The notes beneath the pieces were generated by a model. It was given only the letters and a program-made list of their open reading frames with translations, was not told where the DNA came from and did not search any database. Shown piece after piece: positions 8,381 through 16,645 of a DNA stretch of 64,000 nt (within the stretch, counting starts at the first letter, position 1; every line of letters starts with the position of its first letter). The DNA is taken from NCBI GenBank assembly GCA_033764015.1, contig JANRJK010000038.1, forward strand, positions 1 through 64,000, read 5' to 3'. Made by a program: the position numbers and the translations under genes. Origin of the DNA: Candidatus Sumerlaeia bacterium. GTDB lineage: Bacteria; Sumerlaeota; Sumerlaeia; SLMS01; JANRJK01.

Positions 8381-9217
8381 TTAGGTGCCCGGGGGATAGT
8401 AGGCCCCGAAGCCCGGGAGGGACTTCGGCGCGTGGCGCCGGAAGAACGTCCGCCAGCCGCCAGCCGCCCCCGCCGTCTCCCCACGCTTCAACTCCCGCAC
8501 CAACTTCCGGCCCGATTCGAGAACCGCTTGGGGCTTGTGCGCCCCCCCGAGGTTCACGTCGATCCGGCTGGAAATGAGATCCGCAACGCGCGCATGGGTG
8601 AAGCCGCCCGCGAGTTTCGACTTCCCGCCCCGCGCGTCCGGTTCCACCTCCAGCGCCGCAACCAGCGCGGCAAAGACTCCCGGCGCGAGAGACGGGGGGC
8701 GCCCGCCCCGGCGCCGCGTTGCGGGCGCGTCCTCCGGGGCCGGGGGAATCGGTTCACCTTGGGCACCCTTGATGAAGGCCATCATCGCCCACTCGCGCCG
8801 CTCTTCAACCCGCGCCGCCTCCACCCGCCAAGCCTCGGGAAAGACTGCGGAGTCGCCAACGAACCCTTCCCACGCGCCCGCCGCCGTTGCCGCCACCGCC
8901 CGGACCTTCGCCGCCAAGTCATCCCGGCCCCCTTCCCCCAGCGCCTCCGCGAGCCGCGCCACCTCGTTCCCGAACTGCCGGAGCAGCGCGTCCGCTTCCA
9001 CCAGCGGTTCCGCCACCGCCGCCGGGACCGCTTCCGGCGCGAGGATTGGCGCCGCCGATTCGGTCCCGCTTGGGCACGGTCCCGCGTAGGCCAACGCCCG
9101 GAACAGCAAGTCAACCGCCATGGAGTTTTCCGCGAGCCATGCGCACCCTTCCCCCGTCTCCGCCAGCGCCGCCTTGAAGTCCTCCCGCAGTTCCCACACG
9201 CCGCTTGTTCGCATCAT
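8381..9217 (-). CDS. Hypothetical protein (278 aa) translationally coupled to the integrase
   Basis: ATG at 9217 overlaps the integrase TGA (ATGA). Sequence MMRTSGVWELREDFKAALAE... is protein-like, with a basic RRRGGRPP motif. No family recognised. Confidence 0.7.
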   Translation of the reverse strand: MMRTSGVWELREDFKAALAETGEGCAWLAENSMAVDLLFRALAYAGPCPSGTESAAPILAPEAVPAAVAEPLVEADALLRQFGNEVARLAEALGEGGRDDLAAKVRAVAATAAGAWEGFVGDSAVFPEAWRVEAARVEERREWAMMAFIKGAQGEPIPPAPEDAPATRRRGGRPPSLAPGVFAALVAALEVEPDARGGKSKLAGGFTHARVADLISSRIDVNLGGAHKPQAVLESGRKLVRELKRGETAGAAGGWRTFFRRHAPKSLPGFGAYYPPGT

Positions 9218-10605
9218 GCACCCCCCGCCGCCTTGCCGTTGTCCGCGTTGCCGTTCGGCGCCTCCGCCGGGGGCGCCACCGGAAGCACGCGCGCCCGCGC
9301 CTCCATTGCCGCCAGCATCGCCGCCCCCATTGCCTCCGCCGCGTCGCGCGCCACCGCGTCCGCCGCGTGGGCGTAACGTTGCGTTGTCGCCGGGGTCGAA
9401 TGCCCCAGCACCTTTCCCACCGCGAACAAGGGCACCCCCGCCGCCACCGCGAAGGAAGCCGCCGCGTGCCGCAGGTCGTGAAGGTGCAGCTCGCGGAGCG
9501 TCTCCGCGTCGCCGTCGAGCGCTTCCCCCGTCGCTTGCCGCGCCGCGAACAACTCCGCCGCCCGGGTCCGCACCCGCCGCCATGCCTTTTGAGGGGGAGC
9601 CAAGGGCGCCGCCGTGCCCCGCCCGGGAATGATCCAAGGCGAGGCCGGGTTTCTCGATTCGTACAGCCGCCGCAACTCCGCCGCCGCCGTGGCGTTCAAC
9701 CAAACCACCTTGGCCCCGGTTTTCGACCTCGGGAGCCGGAGCGCGGACCCCGCCCAATCCACAAAGCCCCATTGCGCCTTGAGGATTTCGGAGAGCCGCG
9801 CGCCCGTGAAGGCCAAGAGCCGGAACAAGCTCGCCGTCTCCCTCGGGATGCCACGGGAAGCCGCTTCCCTGAGCCCCTTCCCGCCCCGCACCCCCGGAAC
9901 CGCCTCGCCCGTCCGCTCGACCGCCCGGACCCCCCCGAGCGCTTCCTCCTCGCGGATCGCCTCAAGCAGCGCGCGCAACTGGTCCCCCGACAGGAACACC
10001 GTCCGGGGCGTTTCGGGATACATGCGCACCCCCGCCGCCGGATTCTCCCCCTCAAGGGCCCCCCAATCGCGCGCCACATTGAACAGGGCCCGCACCTGGG
10101 CAAGAACGCGGTTCGCTTGGACGGGTCGCTCCATCAGGGATTGGTGCAGCTTGTGGACGTGCGAGCGCTTCACCGCCGCCACGTCAAGCGCCCCCAGCGC
10201 CGGGCCGATGAACAGCCGCCAGCGCCGCGCCGATTCCAGCTTCATCGAATCCGACCACCGCGGGCCCGCGTCCGCGTAGACCCGTTCCCACAACTCCGCC
10301 ACCGTCTCCCGGCTCGCCTCCGCCTCGCGCCTCGCCTTGCGCTCGCGCCCCGGGTCCCGCCCCTCGGCAACCGCCAGCTTCGCCGCCATTGCCAGCTTGC
10401 GCGCCGCGTCCACCGTCAAGCCGGGGTACTTCCCGAGCGTGAGCCGCCGCACCTCCCCCGCCGCGCCCCGGTGCATCAGCACGAAAGAGCACCCGCGCGC
10501 CGAGACCCGCGCGCCGAACCCGGGGAGCGAATCGTCCCACAGTTCAACCCGCTTGCCCGCCGCCGGTCTTGTCGCCTCGATAATCGACTTTGTGAGCTTC
10601 GCCAC
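9214..10605 (-). CDS. int: Tyrosine recombinase/integrase with N-terminal arm-type DNA-binding domain (463 aa)
   Basis: GTG at 10605. N-terminus KLTKSIIEA...WDDSLPGFGARVS...LTLGKYPGLTVDAAR is Arm-DNA-bind_3/DUF4102-like. Catalytic motifs FTGARLSE (R), SKTG (K), HDLRH, LGH and TQRY (Y) are all intact. Confidence 0.95.
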   Translation of the reverse strand: MAKLTKSIIEATRPAAGKRVELWDDSLPGFGARVSARGCSFVLMHRGAAGEVRRLTLGKYPGLTVDAARKLAMAAKLAVAEGRDPGRERKARREAEASRETVAELWERVYADAGPRWSDSMKLESARRWRLFIGPALGALDVAAVKRSHVHKLHQSLMERPVQANRVLAQVRALFNVARDWGALEGENPAAGVRMYPETPRTVFLSGDQLRALLEAIREEEALGGVRAVERTGEAVPGVRGGKGLREAASRGIPRETASLFRLLAFTGARLSEILKAQWGFVDWAGSALRLPRSKTGAKVVWLNATAAAELRRLYESRNPASPWIIPGRGTAAPLAPPQKAWRRVRTRAAELFAARQATGEALDGDAETLRELHLHDLRHAAASFAVAAGVPLFAVGKVLGHSTPATTQRYAHAADAVARDAAEAMGAAMLAAMEARARVLPVAPPAEAPNGNADNGKAAGGA

Positions 10606-10795
10606 CGAACCCGCGCCCCTTTGTTTCGAGACTCGCGACCCCCTGCCGCGCCCGGCTGGGTTGCGTTTGGGTAACAAACGGCGAAGATCGAGCGCAACCG
10701 AGAAAGAACGAGAGAAAACAGAGACCGTTGAAACCTTTAGGCTTCCATTCCTAACCCCAATGTTCTCAGTGTCCCATTTTGCTCCAATGGCTTGA

Positions 10796-10840
10796 TTTGG
10801 GAGCAGGGGGTCGTGGGTTCGAGTCCCACCACCCCGACCA
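10796..10840 (+). tRNA. 3' half of tRNA-Pro(TGG): displaced fragment forming the att site, not an intact tRNA
   Basis: TTTGGGAGCAGGGGGTCGTGGGTTCGAGTCCCACCACCCCGACCA gives the anticodon loop, 3' anticodon stem, T-arm GTGGG-TTCGAGT-CCCAC, acceptor 3' strand and CCA. The upstream sequence cannot form the 5' acceptor strand, D-arm or a proper anticodon stem. Confidence 0.88.
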
Positions 10841-10869
10841 CTTCCGCCCGCTGTTCGCGGACCCGCGGG

Positions 10870-12057
10870 GCCGTTCCGATCCGACTCCGAGTCCTCCACA
10901 TCGTCTCCAAGTACCCGCCCGCGATGGGGGGGTCGGAACTCGCCACGCAGCGCCTGGCGCGCGCCTTGGCGGCGCGCGGGCACGAGGCGCATGTGCTGAC
11001 GCTCGCGCATCCGGGCCTTCCGGTCGGCGAGCGGGAGGAAGATGGCGTGCGGGTCCACCGGGTGCTGCGCCCGGCGCCGCTGGGGCCGCTGTGGGGGCTT
11101 GGCTACATGCGCCAGATCGCGGGTTGGCTGGGCTCGCGCGAGCCGTTCGGCGCGATCCACTGCCGGGGGCTGTACCTGCATTCGATCCCCGCGGCGTCCG
11201 CCGGGAAGCGTACGGGCGCGCGGGTGTTCAGCACCATCGCGTCGACGGGGGCGCTGCACGACCTGGAGGGGCTGCTGGGACACCGTCTCGGGCGGATGCT
11301 GGCGGCGAGGGCGCTCGCGGCGCCGGCGCAGCTGATCGCGCTCTCCCCCGCCTCGGAGGCGGAGACCTTGGCGATCCTCCGCCGCGAGGCGCTTCCGGCG
11401 CCGCCGATCCATGTCGTCCCGAACTTCGTCGAGTGGCCGCGCACGGTAAGGCCCCCGGGGGCGCGGCCGTCGCACCGGCTGCTGTTCCTCGGCCGGTTAG
11501 AACCGGTGAAGCGGCCGGACTTGGCGCTGGAGGCGTTGCGTATCGCCCGCGAGACGATCGCGGACCTGGAGCTGCGCGTCGTCGGGGACGGCTCGCTGCG
11601 CGAGGGGCTCGAGGCCCGGGTCGCGGAGCTGGGGCTCGGCGCCGCGGTGACGTTCGCCGGGCGCGTGGAGGACCCGCGGGGGGAGCTGGACTCCGCTTCG
11701 GCGCTGATCCTGCCGAGCGACACGGAGGGGTTGAGCAACGCGATGCTCGAGGCGATGGCGTGGGGGGTGCCGGTGGTGGCGACGGACGTCGGCGGCGCGC
11801 GCGACGCGCTGGGCGAGCCGCGGCTCGAGCCCGAGCTGGGGCTTCCCGCGCCGGCGGAGGCGGGGTACCTGGCGCTGGCCGGGGACGCGCACGGACTGGC
11901 GAAGGCGGTGGTGTCGCTGCTGTCGCAGGGGGACAACCGGGCGGGGAAGGGCGCCGCCGCCCGCCGGCGTTGTGAGGCGCTTTACTCCGCGGACGCGGTC
12001 CTGGAGAAGCTTCTGGCGTTGTACCGCGGGGCGGTTCCGCTACGCTCGCGAGCATGA
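10870..12057 (+). CDS. Glycosyltransferase family 4 (start uncertain)
   Basis: RVLHIVSKYPPAMGGSE, FLGRLEPVKRP and SDTEGLSNAMLEAMAWGVPVVATDVGG are GT-B/GT4 motifs. The ORF-track start at 10792 lies in the att/tRNA fragment. Confidence 0.85.
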   Translation, partial: AVPIRLRVLHIVSKYPPAMGGSELATQRLARALAARGHEAHVLTLAHPGLPVGEREEDGVRVHRVLRPAPLGPLWGLGYMRQIAGWLGSREPFGAIHCRGLYLHSIPAASAGKRTGARVFSTIASTGALHDLEGLLGHRLGRMLAARALAAPAQLIALSPASEAETLAILRREALPAPPIHVVPNFVEWPRTVRPPGARPSHRLLFLGRLEPVKRPDLALEALRIARETIADLELRVVGDGSLREGLEARVAELGLGAAVTFAGRVEDPRGELDSASALILPSDTEGLSNAMLEAMAWGVPVVATDVGGARDALGEPRLEPELGLPAPAEAGYLALAGDAHGLAKAVVSLLSQGDNRAGKGAAARRRCEALYSADAVLEKLLALYRGAVPLRSRA

Positions 12058-13259
12058 TGCAACGCCTCCGGGTAGCCCTCCTCGGCAACGCCGCCAACGA
12101 GCACACGATGCGCTGGGCCCGGTGGCTCGCCGCGCACCGGCACGAGGTGCTGCTCGTCACGGACCGGGAGTCGACCGATCCGGTTCCGGGGGTGAAGGAA
12201 GTGCGGATCGAGCCGGAGGGCTGGCAGCGCGCGAAGCTGTGGCTGCGCCGCGGCGACGTGTTCGCATGGAACGGAATGAAGGGCGAATCCGCGGGGCCGC
12301 ACCTGCGGGAGTTCGCGCCGGACGTGGTCCACTCGCTCGACGCGGTTGGCTGGGGCGAGGCGCTGTCCGCCGCGCCGCGGGGGTCCGCGCGGGTGCTGAT
12401 GCCCTGGGGGAGCGATGTGCTCTGGTGGCCGAAGCGCTCGTGGGCGGCGCGACGCATCGTGCGGCGGGCGATGCGGCTCGCGCACGCGGTGACCGGGAAC
12501 GGTCCCGGGCTCGAGGAGGAGTTGGCGGCCCTCGGGGCGGAGCGCGCGGCGATGTACATGTTCTCGTGGGGAGCAAGCGACGTCTACTTCACCCTGCCCT
12601 CCCGGCGGGAGGTGGAAGGGTGGCGCGAGGTGCTCGGCATCGCGCCCGGCACGCGGATCGTGCTGAGCCCGCGGAGCGCGAAGGGGCACCTCGGCGCGGC
12701 GCGCATCCTGCGGGGGTGGGCGCACTGGCGCCGGGAGGCGCCGGAGTCCCAGAGCGCGCTCGTCCTGCTGCGGGGCCACGCGACGGACCGCGATTGGTCC
12801 TCGGTCCTGGCGATGAAGGACAAGCTGGTCACCGACGATTCGGTGCGCGTGGTGGACCGGCTGCTGGGCTGGCGGGAGCTGCTCCCGCTGTACCACCTGG
12901 CGGACGCGGCGGTGATGATGCCGCGGACGGACTTCCGTTCGCTGACCATGCTGGAGTTCATGGCGTGCGGCGTGTTCCCGATCCTCGCGCCGCTGCCGGC
13001 GTACCGCGGGCGCGTGGCGGACATGGGGGCCGAGCCGGAGGCGCCGGTGCGCGGCGTGCTGCTGGGGGGCCATTCGCCGCAGGCGCTCGCGGAGGGGCTC
13101 TCGCGCTGGGACCGGCTCGCGGACGACGACCTTGCGCCGCTGCTCGAGGGGAACCGGCGCGCGATGCAGGCGGAGGAGCGTTTTTCGGTCAACGCGCCGA
13201 AGATCATCGAAGTGTACGACCGGGCGCTGCGGCGCGCGCGCGCGAGGAGCCGCGCATGA
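12054..13259 (+). CDS. Glycosyltransferase family 4
   Basis: HTMRWARWL, PWGSDVL, VLSPRS and DFRSLTMLEFMACGVFPI motifs. ATGA overlap with the upstream gene. Confidence 0.8.
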   Translation: MMQRLRVALLGNAANEHTMRWARWLAAHRHEVLLVTDRESTDPVPGVKEVRIEPEGWQRAKLWLRRGDVFAWNGMKGESAGPHLREFAPDVVHSLDAVGWGEALSAAPRGSARVLMPWGSDVLWWPKRSWAARRIVRRAMRLAHAVTGNGPGLEEELAALGAERAAMYMFSWGASDVYFTLPSRREVEGWREVLGIAPGTRIVLSPRSAKGHLGAARILRGWAHWRREAPESQSALVLLRGHATDRDWSSVLAMKDKLVTDDSVRVVDRLLGWRELLPLYHLADAAVMMPRTDFRSLTMLEFMACGVFPILAPLPAYRGRVADMGAEPEAPVRGVLLGGHSPQALAEGLSRWDRLADDDLAPLLEGNRRAMQAEERFSVNAPKIIEVYDRALRRARARSRA

Positions 13260-13822
13260 CCGCCGGCCCGCGCATCGGCGTGCTCGGCGGCAGCTTCGAT
13301 CCACCACACTTCGGGCACCTCTTCGGAGCGCTGTTCGCCCTCGAGACAGGCGCCGTCGACCGGGTGTTCGCGATTCCCGCGGCGCAGCACGCCTTCGGCA
13401 AGCTCTTCGCCGCCGCCTTCGACCACCGGCTCGCGATGGCGCGGCTCCTGTTCCTGCGGCTCCGCGAGGTCGAAGTCTCGCGCCTCGAGGCGGACCGCCC
13501 CGGCGTGAGCTACACCATCGACACGCTGCGCGAGCTGCGGCGGGACCACCCGTCCGCCACCTTCCGGCTCCTGCTCGGCAGCGACACGCTGCGCGATCTC
13601 CCGAAGTGGCGCGAGTCGCGCGCGGTCGCCGAGGCCGCCCCGCCGCTCGAGCTGCCGCGCATCGAGCCCGGGCGCCCCGTGGAGGACACGTGGGGCGCGC
13701 TCCCGGTGCTCTCGAGCACCGCGATCCGCGACCTGCTCCGCGTGGGCGACAGCGTGGCCCTCGCGCGGGTCCTCCCATCTTCCATCATCCAGTACATCGA
13801 GCACCATGGACTCTACCGGTAG
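13256..13822 (+). CDS. nadD: Nicotinate-nucleotide adenylyltransferase
   Basis: RIGVLGGSFDPPHFGH, SYTIDTL, LLLGSD, LSSTAIR and YIEHHGLY motifs. ATG at 13256 overlaps the upstream stop. Confidence 0.92.
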   Translation: MTAGPRIGVLGGSFDPPHFGHLFGALFALETGAVDRVFAIPAAQHAFGKLFAAAFDHRLAMARLLFLRLREVEVSRLEADRPGVSYTIDTLRELRRDHPSATFRLLLGSDTLRDLPKWRESRAVAEAAPPLELPRIEPGRPVEDTWGALPVLSSTAIRDLLRVGDSVALARVLPSSIIQYIEHHGLYR

Positions 13823-14612
13823 CCCCGAGTTCACCCTCTACCAGCAGTTCGCCGCGGTGCTCGTGCTCACGACGTGGGCGACGGTGTGGATCCTGTCGAT
13901 CAACCAGATCGGGGCGCGCGCCGCCGCGGGGAAGGGCGCCGGCCTCGGAGGCGACGCCGCGGGGCGGCGGGTGCTCCGGGCGATGCTGGCCGGGCTGGCG
14001 CTTGCGGGGCTCCTCTTCATCCCCGCCGGTTCGGAGCTGGATGCGCGGGAGCTGCGGCTCGAGCTCTTCGAGGGGTTCGGGATCATGGCGGTGTTCGGCC
14101 TGACCGCCCTGTTGGCGCTACCGTGCGGAGGGCTGACGGAGACCCGCGCCCCGGCGGCCAAACCGGCCCGAGAATTCGCGATCTACGCCGCGGCGACCAT
14201 GGCGATTTTCGCGGGAGCCCTCCTCTTCAAGATCGAAGCCACTTCGGAAAGCATCCTCGCGAAGGCGACGCCCGAGCGCCCGCTGCTGCTGGGTTCCGTG
14301 GCGATCCTCGGCCTGATGGCGGCGGTGTACGAGGAGGCGATGTACCGCGGGATCCTGTTCGACGCGCTGCGCAAGCTGACGCGCGACGACGGCGCGGCGA
14401 TCGGCTTCTCCTCGCTGCTGTTCGCCTTCGCGCACGCCGGAATGGCGACGCCGGCCGGGTACAAGGAGCTGCAGATCCTCCTGCTCGGTCTGCTCTTCGG
14501 GATCGCCCGCGTGCGCCTCGGGCTCGGCGCTGCGATCGCGCTCCACCTGATCAACAATGGGCTGGCACTGTCCCTGCATTGGCTTGGGCACCACTTCGGA
14601 TACCTCACCTAG
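13806..14612 (+). CDS. CPBP (Abi/CAAX) family intramembrane metalloprotease
   Basis: Multiple transmembrane segments with EEAMYRG, FAFAH and HLINN motifs. Confidence 0.88.
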   Translation: MDSTGSPEFTLYQQFAAVLVLTTWATVWILSINQIGARAAAGKGAGLGGDAAGRRVLRAMLAGLALAGLLFIPAGSELDARELRLELFEGFGIMAVFGLTALLALPCGGLTETRAPAAKPAREFAIYAAATMAIFAGALLFKIEATSESILAKATPERPLLLGSVAILGLMAAVYEEAMYRGILFDALRKLTRDDGAAIGFSSLLFAFAHAGMATPAGYKELQILLLGLLFGIARVRLGLGAAIALHLINNGLALSLHWLGHHFGYLT

Positions 14613-14628
14613 CACAGGAAACCGCCAC

Positions 14629-16641
14629 TTGACCACCTTCCAACAGCACCCGGCCACGCCGAATCCCGCCACGGGAGTGCTGCGCGCGCTGCTTTTGGCG
14701 TTGGTCGCGCTGGCGCTCCTGCTGCCCGCCGGCGCCCCGGCCCAGGCGGCGCGGCCGAAGCACCCCGTCACGGCGGAGGCGAAGCTTTCCGCCGAGACCG
14801 CCGGGCGCGGCGACACCGTGACGCTCACCGTCACCGCCGTCGTCGATCCGGCCTACCACCTTTACGCCATGAAGCTCTCGGGCGAAGGGCCGGTGGCGAC
14901 CGAAGTGGTCGAGCGGAGCGTCCCCGAGTGGTTCGCTCCGGCGGGCGACTGGAAGGAACCCACGCCGAAGGTCTCCTTCGACGAGGGATTCCAGACCAAC
15001 ATCGAGAAGCTGTACGGCTCGCCGGTCGTGTTCACGCGCGAGTACCGCATCGGGACCGCGGCCCCGGACGGCGCGCACACGCTGGAGCTGGCGTTCCTGC
15101 ACCAGGCGTGCACGGAGGTGAACTGCCTGGCCCCGAAGCGCCTGCCGATGACCGTGTCGTTCGCGGTATCCGGCGGCGCGGAGCCGGGATCGGAACTCCC
15201 CGAGATCACGTCGACGGAGGCCCCGGCGGCGGGCGGCGCCACCTCGGAGGACGCCGCCGCGCCCGCGATCGTGGTTTCCTCCCCGGCGGACAGGCTCGAG
15301 AGCGCGGGGTTCTCCTTGTTCCTCCTGCTCGCGTTCGCTGGCGGGATCGTGTCGCTGGCGACGCCGTGCGTGTTCCCGATGATCCCGATCACGATCAGCT
15401 ACTTCACCAAGCGCGCGGCGAAGACCCGCAAGGAAACGATCAAGCTGGCGTTCGTGTACGGCGGCACGATCATCGGCGCCTTCTCGCTGTTCGGGTTCGC
15501 GCTGGCGGTGGTGTTGCGCCTGCTGGGCGCGGGGGACCAGGCGAGCGGCTTCATCACCAAGATCGCCGCGGACCCCGCGGTGAACCTCGCGCTCGCCGCG
15601 GTGTTCATCGCGTTCGCGCTGAGCCTTTTCGGCATGTTCGAGATCGGGCTCCCGGCCGGCATCGGCAACAAGCTGCAGCAGCTAAAGGGCACCCGCTCGG
15701 ACTACGTGGGCGCGATGCTCATGGCGGCGATCTTCGTCGTGGTCTCGTTCACGTGCACGGCGCCGATCGTCGGGTTCCTGATCGTGGGGGCGGTGCAGGG
15801 GGAGTGGTTCCGTCCGTTCTTCGGGCTGATGGCGTACTCCGCCGGCTTCGCGCTGCCGTTCTTCGTGCTGGCGCTGGTGCCGCAGGCGCTCGCCTCGCTG
15901 CCCAAGGCGGGGGGCTGGCTCAACTCGACCAAGGTGGTGATGGGCCTGCTGGAGCTCGCCGCGGCGTTCAAGTTCATCAGCAACGCCGACCAGATCTGGC
16001 GCTGGGGGATCTTCAACCGCGAGGTCGTGCTGTCGGCCTGGGTGGCGATCTCCGCGGCGATCGCGCTCTACCTGCTGAACAAGATCCGCACGCCGCACGA
16101 CACGGACGAGCCGACGGTCGGGCCGGTGCGCCTGATCCTCGCGGTCTCCTTCGCGACGCTGGCGCTCGTCATGTCGGTGGGCTTGTACGGCGGCCGCCTG
16201 CCGTCGTTCATCGCGAGCTACCTCCCCGTGGACATCGAGGCGGAATCGTCGGCGGCGGGCGGGGGGTCGAGGGTCGCATCCCTGGAGTCCGAGCTCAGCT
16301 TCCACAAGACCTGGGAGGCGGGCCTCGCGGAGGCGCAGGCGACGGGCAAGCCCCTCTTCCTCGACTTCACCGGCTACACCTGCACCAACTGCCGGCTCAT
16401 GGAGCGCAACGTGTTCCCGAAGCCGGAGGTGGAGGCGCTGCTGAGCGACTTCGTCCGCGTGAAGCTCTACACGGACGACGCCGTGGTCGGCGAGGCGCAC
16501 CAGGAGTTCCAGATCGAGCGCTTCGGCACCGTCGCGCTGCCCACCTACGTCGTGCTGACGCCGCAGGGAGAAACGGTCGCGATCGAGGGCTACCAGCCGA
16601 ACTCCGCGAAGTTCGCCGAGTTCCTGCGCAAGGGGCTGTGA
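14629..16641 (+). CDS. dsbD: Thiol:disulfide interchange protein DsbD family
   Basis: N-terminal Ig domain with QACTEVNCLAP, membrane domain with TPCVFPMIPI and SFTCTAP, and C-terminal thioredoxin FTGYTCTNCR. TTG start at 14629 follows AGGA. Confidence 0.9.
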   Translation: MTTFQQHPATPNPATGVLRALLLALVALALLLPAGAPAQAARPKHPVTAEAKLSAETAGRGDTVTLTVTAVVDPAYHLYAMKLSGEGPVATEVVERSVPEWFAPAGDWKEPTPKVSFDEGFQTNIEKLYGSPVVFTREYRIGTAAPDGAHTLELAFLHQACTEVNCLAPKRLPMTVSFAVSGGAEPGSELPEITSTEAPAAGGATSEDAAAPAIVVSSPADRLESAGFSLFLLLAFAGGIVSLATPCVFPMIPITISYFTKRAAKTRKETIKLAFVYGGTIIGAFSLFGFALAVVLRLLGAGDQASGFITKIAADPAVNLALAAVFIAFALSLFGMFEIGLPAGIGNKLQQLKGTRSDYVGAMLMAAIFVVVSFTCTAPIVGFLIVGAVQGEWFRPFFGLMAYSAGFALPFFVLALVPQALASLPKAGGWLNSTKVVMGLLELAAAFKFISNADQIWRWGIFNREVVLSAWVAISAAIALYLLNKIRTPHDTDEPTVGPVRLILAVSFATLALVMSVGLYGGRLPSFIASYLPVDIEAESSAAGGGSRVASLESELSFHKTWEAGLAEAQATGKPLFLDFTGYTCTNCRLMERNVFPKPEVEALLSDFVRVKLYTDDAVVGEAHQEFQIERFGTVALPTYVVLTPQGETVAIEGYQPNSAKFAEFLRKGL

Positions 16642-16645
16642 CGCG

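Larger units (their letters stand above)
1..10840 (-). mobile_element. Integrative element (prophage remnant or phage-satellite-like) inserted at tRNA-Pro; left end lies outside the window
   Basis: Tyrosine integrase next to a 3'-half tRNA (att site). Excisionase/AlpA-like, tape-measure-like and HTH replication-like genes are all co-oriented on the minus strand. Ordinary host genes start right after 10840. Confidence 0.85.

Noticed and set aside
4890..8384. 1164-aa + strand ORF and the other 400-1000 aa ORFs in all six frames over the array
   Set aside because: The same DNA modules are translated in different frames within each ORF, the composition is R/P/G/A low-complexity, and there is no GC3 codon pattern. 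Openness follows from the T depletion.
10760..10840. Intact tRNA-Pro gene
   Set aside because: The 5' acceptor strand and D-arm are missing, and the anticodon stem does not pair properly (CTTGA versus GCAGG). Only the 3' half is present.
10606..11475. 290-aa N-terminal extension of the integrase in the ORF track
   Set aside because: It runs antisense through the att site and the GT4 gene. The integrase domain starts at GTG 10605.
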